The notes beneath the pieces are model-generated. The model was not told the DNA's origin. It searched no databases and saw only the letters and a program-made list of their open reading frames with translations. This document shows positions 7,701 to 12,046 of a stretch of DNA of 12,046 bases, piece after piece (within the stretch, counting starts at the first letter, position 1; the number at the start of each line of letters is the position of its first letter). Origin of the DNA: Candidatus Eiseniibacteriota bacterium (lineage in GTDB: Bacteria; Eisenbacteria; RBG-16-71-46); contig JANLWX010000137.1 of assembly GCA_031364845.1 (NCBI GenBank), positions 1 to 12,046 on the forward strand. The letters are read 5' to 3'. Made by a program: the position numbers and the translations under genes.

Positions 7701-8663
7701 GAACCCACCGAAATGGTAACTGCGCAAAGGGGGCGAGCCCTGTACCTGCACCCCGGTCCACGTCGGCGTCGGTCCGTCCAGTGACAGGGTCGTGATCGCC
7801 GAACTCAAATAGCCACCCTGCAGGATCATTTGTCCGCGCACGGGATCGTACGCCGCGAACGAGCCGGTGACGCCGCTGCTCGGTCCGACTCCCACCGGGG
7901 AGAGCTGCGACCACTCGGGGGCGCCGTCGAGCGACAGCGCCCAGACATCGGTGTTCTCTCCGGTTTCGAAAGTCTCGCCGCCGAACACGATCATTCGATC
8001 GTTGGCCGTGTCGTACACCGCAACATGAAGCCAGCGTGGACTCGGTCGCAGGCCAGCAGGATCGACCTGGGTCCATGTGGGGGTGCCCGATAGTGACAAC
8101 GCCCACACATCGTTCGCTTGACCGCTCGCTCCTCCACGGACCACGCCGCCGAAGACCAATGCACGATCATGAGCGGAGTCATAGACCATGGTATGGCCGT
8201 GGCGCAGCGGTGGTACGGCTCCGGCAGGAGAGAGCTGCGTCCAGGTCGGTGGATCGCTCAGGGACAATTCCCAGGTATCGTTGAGAAAGTCCGATGGGCC
8301 ACCGCCTTTGCCGCCGAACACGATCATGCGATCGCGAATCGGGTCATAGACCATGCCCGCGCTCTGGCGCGGCTGCGGTGGAGTTCCATAGGGTGCGATC
8401 TGTGACCAAGTGGACGTCGCGAAATCGAACGACCACAGGTCGTTCATGTAGACTTGATTGTTCGCGACCACTTTTCGGCCGCCGAAAATCACGACACGCC
8501 GGCGCGCGGAATCATAGGCCGAATTTCCCAGGGCGCGGGTCCCGAGCGCAGGGGGGGCGCTCAGTGTGGTCCAACTGCCGCACGTGATGTCGCCTGACGA
8601 TGAAGCCGGCAGAACGGGGCAAACGGCGAGCAGGAATAGCAATCGCCAGAAGCGGGTCGGCAT
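4737..8663 (-). CDS. Large secreted kelch-repeat beta-propeller protein with InlB-B-like repeat domains and C-terminal FlgD-Ig/T9SS-like domain
   Basis: 1308 aa with a signal peptide. 18 repeats of [YFHL]Dxx[RQ]xxxxxGG...W in three groups of six. Each group is followed by a domain with V-x-[LV]-x-A-x-P-x-x-G-x-x-F-x-x-W-x-G. The C-terminus reads PNPM..ATIRY..LQVLDLLGRRVTTL..G.HTLTWNG....LPAGIYFVHL. Confidence 0.9.
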   Translation of the reverse strand: MPTRFWRLLFLLAVCPVLPASSSGDITCGSWTTLSAPPALGTRALGNSAYDSARRRVVIFGGRKVVANNQVYMNDLWSFDFATSTWSQIAPYGTPPQPRQSAGMVYDPIRDRMIVFGGKGGGPSDFLNDTWELSLSDPPTWTQLSPAGAVPPLRHGHTMVYDSAHDRALVFGGVVRGGASGQANDVWALSLSGTPTWTQVDPAGLRPSPRWLHVAVYDTANDRMIVFGGETFETGENTDVWALSLDGAPEWSQLSPVGVGPSSGVTGSFAAYDPVRGQMILQGGYLSSAITTLSLDGPTPTWTGVQVQGSPPLRSYHFGGFDPIGRRLMVYGGFGFNDGMLSQPDVIDLTDGPTIDSSILPIGTGTVVKSPATLCHPPGQIVTVTAVPEPGFEFVDWTGSITSIENPLVVTAGDDLNLTAMFRPIPPHCGSWSLFPLGAEPGARSGAGAIYDAPRQRMLMFGGHNGATMVSELWALALDGGAWSQITPGGTAPTPRDGARVVYDPVRDRMLMFGGNSDAGLLIDIWELPLDGSPVWNMIPPLDTPPLPRSGVSLVYDSLRDRLLLFGGLRQGSATSELWELTLAGTPAWRQLVPATSPPVRSGHVAIYDVARDRMIVFGGINGSNRLTDTWALSLAGTPSWAPLAPSGSPPTAGEDAVAIHDAARDRMIVFGGRGSAVSNETFALDLEHSAWSSPSVETFPAARRRAAAVLDTDRDQMVLFGGLNAAGQPMASRARLTLAGGVPLQAIAEIPEHGTVRRLPDLKCYAANQTVTLVAEPASGYQFTGWLGDAGGTANPLTVSMSGPRTIIATFQFMNASCGGWTTITSTAQPGPAFGAAAIFDAPRQRMLMFGGVTPQGPSNDLWSLDPFTASWTLLAPSGAPSSREGAGWVYDSARDRILMFGGHSGSATLRDLYELPLGLTPAWQRLTAFQAPSRYLASLIYDPVRDRLLLFGGRTGTASYFADVWELPLAGSLSWLPVATTGSPPAGRYAHGAIYDPIRDRMVIFGGSGSAGGHSDTWALTLSGTPAWTALPNGSASSFGSSIAYDGNRDRMVVFGGSIGPTGTPTNAARALSFSTLEWSEIPANGPLPTPRSRAAAAFDPVRDELLMFGGQMTAGAPLALPSILSFASGHFLAATPLPADGGSIVRTPASACQSSGTEVVLHAVPRPGHVFTSWSGDASGSANPLTVIMDATKNIVAHFEPASAVAVASSAELRTGLGIIAPNPMLGLATIRYDIGRETAFRLQVLDLLGRRVTTLVSGRAAPGAHTLTWNGRTSEHARRLPAGIYFVHLEAEGRVWVRRVVLAR

Positions 8664-8692
8664 GGACTTCCCCCCGGTTAAGATTCTCGGAG

Positions 8693-8722
8693 AGTCTAAC
8701 CGACTGCCAGGGGGTGTGACAG
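8693..8722 (-). promoter_or_regulatory. Possible sigma70-type promoter for the kelch-repeat gene
   Basis: Minus strand CTGTCA (8722-8717) - 18 nt - TAGACT (8698-8693), ~30 nt upstream of ATG 8663. Only a 4/6 match in each box. Confidence 0.25.
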
Positions 8723-8886
8723 GAAGTTCGTACCGCCGCCAACGTCGTTTTGCTGGCGTTATCGTAGATATGTGTCGCGAACGTCTCGAACCGGTTCAAG
8801 GCACGGTCGCATGCGGGCCGAATGTGTCCCATTCATACCCCACTTTCCGGCCTGCAATCCCAGCCACATCTCGCTTGCAGTGACCC

Positions 8887-9453
8887 TCATTTCTGCGACC
8901 CGAACTCCCACGCGGCAACGCCGGCCTCGAGTTCGACACCGAGCGCGCTCACGACGCGATTGATGTCGTTGTACCACGCGGTGATCGCGGTCGCGCGCAC
9001 GATCGCGCGGTCATCGAAGCCGTACTCGCGAATGCGCTCGATGTCCTCGAGCTTGCGCTCCGAGGGCTCGCACGTGAGTGCGACCGCGTAGTCGAGCAGC
9101 ACGCGGTCCTGTGCGGTGAGATTGGCTTCGCGATAGTCGCGCGCCACCGCGCGAGCGAGCGCTTCGTCGCCGAGTGCCTGCGACAGGCGCGGGCCGTGAT
9201 GCGCGACGCAATATGCGCAGCCGTTGGTCGCCGACACGACCAGCGCCACCAGTTCCGCCTGCGCCATCGTCAGCGGCGCGGGGTCGGCCATGAGCGCGCG
9301 ATAGTACGAGTAGCCGGCATCGAGGGCCGCAGGATCCGCACCCAGCGTCCGCCACAGGTTCGAGACCTCGCCGCGCGAGGAGTTCGAGCGGATGCGCTCG
9401 TAGAGCGCTTCCAAGTCCGGCGTGGGCGCGGATGCGGGACGGGTCCAGCTCAT
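8887..9453 (-). CDS. AhpD/carboxymuconolactone decarboxylase family peroxidase-related enzyme
   Basis: 188 aa from ATG 9453, preceded by the SD-like GAAAGGA. The longer 275-aa ORF extension overlaps the divergent gene and is unlikely. Motifs ELVALVVSATNGCAYCVAHHG, LLDYAVALTCEP, LEDIERIREYGFDD, AWYNDINRV. Confidence 0.92.
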   Translation of the reverse strand: MSWTRPASAPTPDLEALYERIRSNSSRGEVSNLWRTLGADPAALDAGYSYYRALMADPAPLTMAQAELVALVVSATNGCAYCVAHHGPRLSQALGDEALARAVARDYREANLTAQDRVLLDYAVALTCEPSERKLEDIERIREYGFDDRAIVRATAITAWYNDINRVVSALGVELEAGVAAWEFGSQK

Positions 9454-9569
9454 GGCGTCCTTTCGTTCGGGGGGCGACTTGCGTCTGCACCGTATCGCGG
9501 GCTGGGCCCGCACTTCAAACCTGACGGCGGCCTTGCATGCCCCGCGGGGTGGAGGGCTACTCTCGGGCC

Positions 9570-10082
9570 ATGATCGAACCCAACGAACGGCATTCCCGAA
9601 ACGTGATCGCCAACGCCTGCGAACGCGGCCGCGTGAGCTGGGTGATGCTGATTGCGATCGCCGCCCTCGCGGGCGGGCTCGGGGTGTGGCTCTCGCAGTC
9701 GCGGCCGCCGGCACCCGCCGCGCTTCCCTCGCTCGCGGCCTCCGACGACACCAGCGACAGCGTGATCGACCAGGCGCTGGGACAGGTGCCGGTCGACTCG
9801 ACCGAGCTGCGCAACCGCTGGCTCGACGAGGTGCGCTTCGCCGATCTGACCGGCCTCAGCGCGGCACAGGCCGACCTGTTCGTGCGCGCCGCCAACACCC
9901 GGCGCTGCACCTGTGGGTGCGGTTTCACGCTCGCCACCTGCCGCGCCTACGACACCACATGTCCCGTGAGCGGAGGCTACGCGGAGGCGCTGATCGACTC
10001 GGTCCGCAGGGGCTTGGTGCGCGATCGCGCGCTGCGGGAACGGCCCGCCAAGGCGGTTGACGCGCACGCGGGCGGGGGATAG
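9570..10082 (+). CDS. Hypothetical single-pass membrane protein with Cys-rich CxCxC-x6-C-x6-C domain
   Basis: 170 aa from ATG 9570 (alternative GTG 9633), with GC-ending codon bias. Hydrophobic segment VSWVMLIAIAALAGGLGVWLS, Pro/Ala/Ser linker, then DLTGLSAAQADLFVRAANTRRCTCGCGFTLATCRAYDTTCPVS. Confidence 0.8.
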   Translation: MIEPNERHSRNVIANACERGRVSWVMLIAIAALAGGLGVWLSQSRPPAPAALPSLAASDDTSDSVIDQALGQVPVDSTELRNRWLDEVRFADLTGLSAAQADLFVRAANTRRCTCGCGFTLATCRAYDTTCPVSGGYAEALIDSVRRGLVRDRALRERPAKAVDAHAGGG

Positions 10083-10161
10083 CCTCCGCGGGTCACATTT
10101 CCCGCCGGATTTCCCGCGGAAGGCAGTGTTCCCGCCCGACGCCCCATATCAGGAGGACGCG

Positions 10162-10776
10162 ATGCCATTTCCCAAACTGACCGCGAAGACGTTCGCGAGC
10201 ATTCGCGAGCTCAACGGCATTTCAGCCCGCACGATGGAAGAGCACTACGAGCTCTACAAGGGCTACATCGGAAAGACGAACGAGATCCAGGAGAAGCTCG
10301 CCACGGTTGATCGCGCGAGTGCGAATCAGATCTTCAGCGACCTGCGTTCGCTGCGGGTCGATCTCTCGTTCGCGACCGGCGGTGTGAAGAATCACGAGAT
10401 CTACTTTGCGCACCTCGGCGGCAAGGGCGGCAACCCGAGCGCCAAGCTGACCGATCTCATCAAGCGCGACTTCCCCTCGTACGATGCGTGGCTCGCCGAC
10501 TTCAAGGCGTCGGGCATCGCGGCGCGCGGCTGGGTATGGCTCGCGTACGATCACGACTGGAACACGCTGACCACGGTGGTCGGTGACGCGCAGAACACGT
10601 TCCCGCTGTGGAACGCGACGCCGATTCTGGCGCTCGACGTCTACGAGCACGCGTACTGGATCGACTATGGCCGCGCGCGCGCCAAGTACATCGACGCGTT
10701 CTTCAACAATCTGGACTGGAGCGTCGTCGAGCAGAATCTCGATCGCGCGCTCGCGATGACCGCCGTCCACAAGTAG
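10162..10776 (+). CDS. Fe/Mn-family superoxide dismutase (divergent 'HYxLYxGY' subtype)
   Basis: 204 aa from ATG 10162 with AGGAGG at 10151-10156. Metal ligands are in EEHYELYKGY, GGVKNHEIYF and LDVYEHAY, plus the GWVWL motif. The metal cannot be assigned, so no sodA/sodB symbol is given. Confidence 0.95.
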   Translation: MPFPKLTAKTFASIRELNGISARTMEEHYELYKGYIGKTNEIQEKLATVDRASANQIFSDLRSLRVDLSFATGGVKNHEIYFAHLGGKGGNPSAKLTDLIKRDFPSYDAWLADFKASGIAARGWVWLAYDHDWNTLTTVVGDAQNTFPLWNATPILALDVYEHAYWIDYGRARAKYIDAFFNNLDWSVVEQNLDRALAMTAVHK

Positions 10777-10785
10777 TCGCAGATC

Positions 10786-10806
10786 CGGCGGCCGCAGCGG
10801 CCGCCG
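10786..10806. repeat. GC palindrome / stem-loop after the SOD stop
   Basis: CGGCGGCCGC-A-GCGGCCGCCG is a perfect 10+10 inverted repeat with no U-tract. Confidence 0.7.
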
Positions 10807-10817
10807 CACACGATCGC

Positions 10818-10843
10818 GCCGGGCTCCTTAGCAGGAGCCCGGC
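10818..10843. repeat. 11-bp stem-loop between SOD and bcp
   Basis: GCCGGGCTCCT-TAGC-AGGAGCCCGGC is a perfect stem with a 4-nt loop and no clear U-tract. Confidence 0.75.
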
Positions 10844-10891
10844 ATCGCTTCGGGGCGAGCGCGGGACGCCCGCCCGACGTTGGAGGATTCC

Positions 10892-11371
10892 ATGGCCACC
10901 GCACTCCTTCCCGTGATCGGGAAGATGGCCCCCGATTTCACGCTGCCGTCCAGCACGGGCGAGAACATTTCGCTCAAGCAGTTCAAGGGCAAGAAGACCG
11001 TGATCCTGTACTTCTATCCCAAGGACGACACTTCGGGGTGCACCAAGGAAGCGTGCGAGTTCCGCGACTTCTCCGCGGAGTTCGAGAAGCACAATGCGGT
11101 GATTCTGGGCGTGTCGACCGACCCGATGGAATCGCACATCAAATTTCGCGACAAGCACCATCTGCCGTTCCCATTGCTGACCGACGAGGATGCCGCGGTG
11201 TCCAAGCTGTTCGGCGTGTACAAGATGAAGAATCTGTACGGTAAAAAGTATCTGGGTATCGAGCGCACGACATTCATTATCGACAAGACCGGACGCATCG
11301 CGCAGATCTACCCGAAGGTGAAGGTCGAGGGGCACATCCAGGACCTGATCGAGTTCGTGCGCGAAGACTGA
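10892..11371 (+). CDS. bcp: Thioredoxin-dependent thiol peroxidase BCP/PrxQ
   Basis: 159 aa from ATG 10892 with GGAGG at 10882-10886. APDFTL, LYFYPKDDTSGCTKEAC (peroxidatic and helix-2 resolving Cys), GVSTD..SH.KF..K..LPFPLL.D, GIERTTFIID, VKVEGH. Confidence 0.96.
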   Translation: MATALLPVIGKMAPDFTLPSSTGENISLKQFKGKKTVILYFYPKDDTSGCTKEACEFRDFSAEFEKHNAVILGVSTDPMESHIKFRDKHHLPFPLLTDEDAAVSKLFGVYKMKNLYGKKYLGIERTTFIIDKTGRIAQIYPKVKVEGHIQDLIEFVRED

Positions 11372-11432
11372 CCGACGCGGGCGCGCCGGCGATCTGAGCC
11401 GGCGTGCCGACCCCCAGCGCGCAGGAGACCGC

Positions 11433-12046
11433 CTGCAGAGCGCACCCCAGCATCCCGTCCCCGTGTTTCCGCTGCCTGGTGCGGTGCTGTTCCCGCACAT
11501 CGGCATGCCGCTCCACATCTTCGAACTCCGCTACCGCACGATGGTCCGCGACGCCCTCTCGCGCGGCCGGCTGCTCGCGCTCGCCACGCTCAAACCGGGC
11601 TGGGAGGCGGACTACCACGGGAGTCCCGAGTTCCATCCGCTCGGCTGTCTCGCGCGCATCGAGGAAGTCGAATGGCTTCCGAACGACTGCTACAACCTGC
11701 GCATCGCCGGGCTCGCGCGTGTGAACTTCGCGCGCATCGTCTCTGAGTTCCCGTATCGCGCGGCCAAGGTGGAAGTGCTGCCGCAGGACCCCTATACCGA
11801 GGACGATCCGTACATCGAGCTCGAAAAGCACTCGCTTGCCGTGGTGTTCGAGCGTCTGCTCGCTGCCCTCGGCGTCGATCCGCTGCAGGCACACGTCGAT
11901 CGCAAGGCGCCGTTCGGGGCGCTGGTCAACGCGCTGTGCGCGGGCGTCGATCTGCCGGTCGCCACGCGCCTCGAATTGCTCGCGATCGACAGCCTGGTCG
12001 AGCGCGGCGTCATGGTCCGCGAGCTGACGGAGCAGCGGCTGCGCAG
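11433..12046 (+). CDS. Lon protease N-terminal substrate-binding domain protein (3'-partial; absent from ORF track)
   Basis: Manual translation in the frame of GTG 11463: PVPVFPLPGAVLFPHIGMPLHIFELRYRTMVRDAL...LKPGWEADYHGSPEFHPLGCLARIEEVEWLPNDCYNLRIAGLARV...FPYRAAKVE...RLELLAIDSLVER. The frame is open to the window end. Start uncertain (CTG 11433 or GTG 11463). Confidence 0.9.
   Translation, partial: MQSAPQHPVPVFPLPGAVLFPHIGMPLHIFELRYRTMVRDALSRGRLLALATLKPGWEADYHGSPEFHPLGCLARIEEVEWLPNDCYNLRIAGLARVNFARIVSEFPYRAAKVEVLPQDPYTEDDPYIELEKHSLAVVFERLLAALGVDPLQAHVDRKAPFGALVNALCAGVDLPVATRLELLAIDSLVERGVMVRELTEQRLR

Noticed and set aside
5300..8500. Recurring CCGCCGAACA / GATCGTAGA words about every 150-165 bp, superficially array-like
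   Set aside because: They are the reverse-complement codons of the kelch 'FGG' and 'YDP' motifs within one ORF, not a CRISPR or ncRNA array.
9621..9695. ERG followed by a hydrophobic stretch, resembling a type IV prepilin cleavage site
   Set aside because: The +1 residue is Arg and there is no Glu at +5, so it does not fit the class III signal consensus.
9454..9714. N-terminal extension of the 275-aa AhpD-like ORF
   Set aside because: Arg-rich non-homologous sequence overlapping the divergent gene. A good SD supports ATG 9453.
10142..10149. CCCCATAT matching a sigma32-type -10 box before SOD
   Set aside because: No CTTGAA-like -35 at the right spacing, and the implied TSS would fall inside the SD sequence.
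8887..11371. Possible selenocysteine (UGA) recoding in the redox genes
   Set aside because: All redox-active positions are ordinary Cys codons in uninterrupted frames.

Overview
GC-rich bacterial window, densely coding, with no rRNA, tRNA, CRISPR array or transposase that I can see. In order: a BoxC-like single-domain crotonase/enoyl-CoA hydratase; a ~470-bp intergenic gap with a strong terminator-like hairpin and a perfect 16-bp inverted repeat inside a ~190-nt imperfect fold-back; a secreted TPR protein; ispH; a LigB-fold (class III extradiol dioxygenase) protein that appears to have lost several catalytic histidines; a convergent 1308-aa secreted protein of three [6-blade kelch-like propeller + InlB-B-like domain] modules with a FlgD-Ig/T9SS-like C-terminal domain; and a compact redox-stress locus. 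That locus has an AhpD/CMD-like CxxC protein divergent from a membrane-anchored CxCxC-x6-C-x6-C protein, a non-canonical Fe/Mn SOD, a BCP peroxiredoxin and a stand-alone Lon N-domain gene. The Lon N-domain gene is missing from the ORF track, runs off the window end and has an ambiguous start. The kelch+FlgD architecture and high GC suggest Candidatus Eisenbacteria or a related lineage (inference only). Best leads: the fold-back element at 1081-1270, the Cys-rich membrane protein in the antioxidant locus, and the probable pseudo-dioxygenase behind ispH. All family calls come from motif recognition, not database searches.
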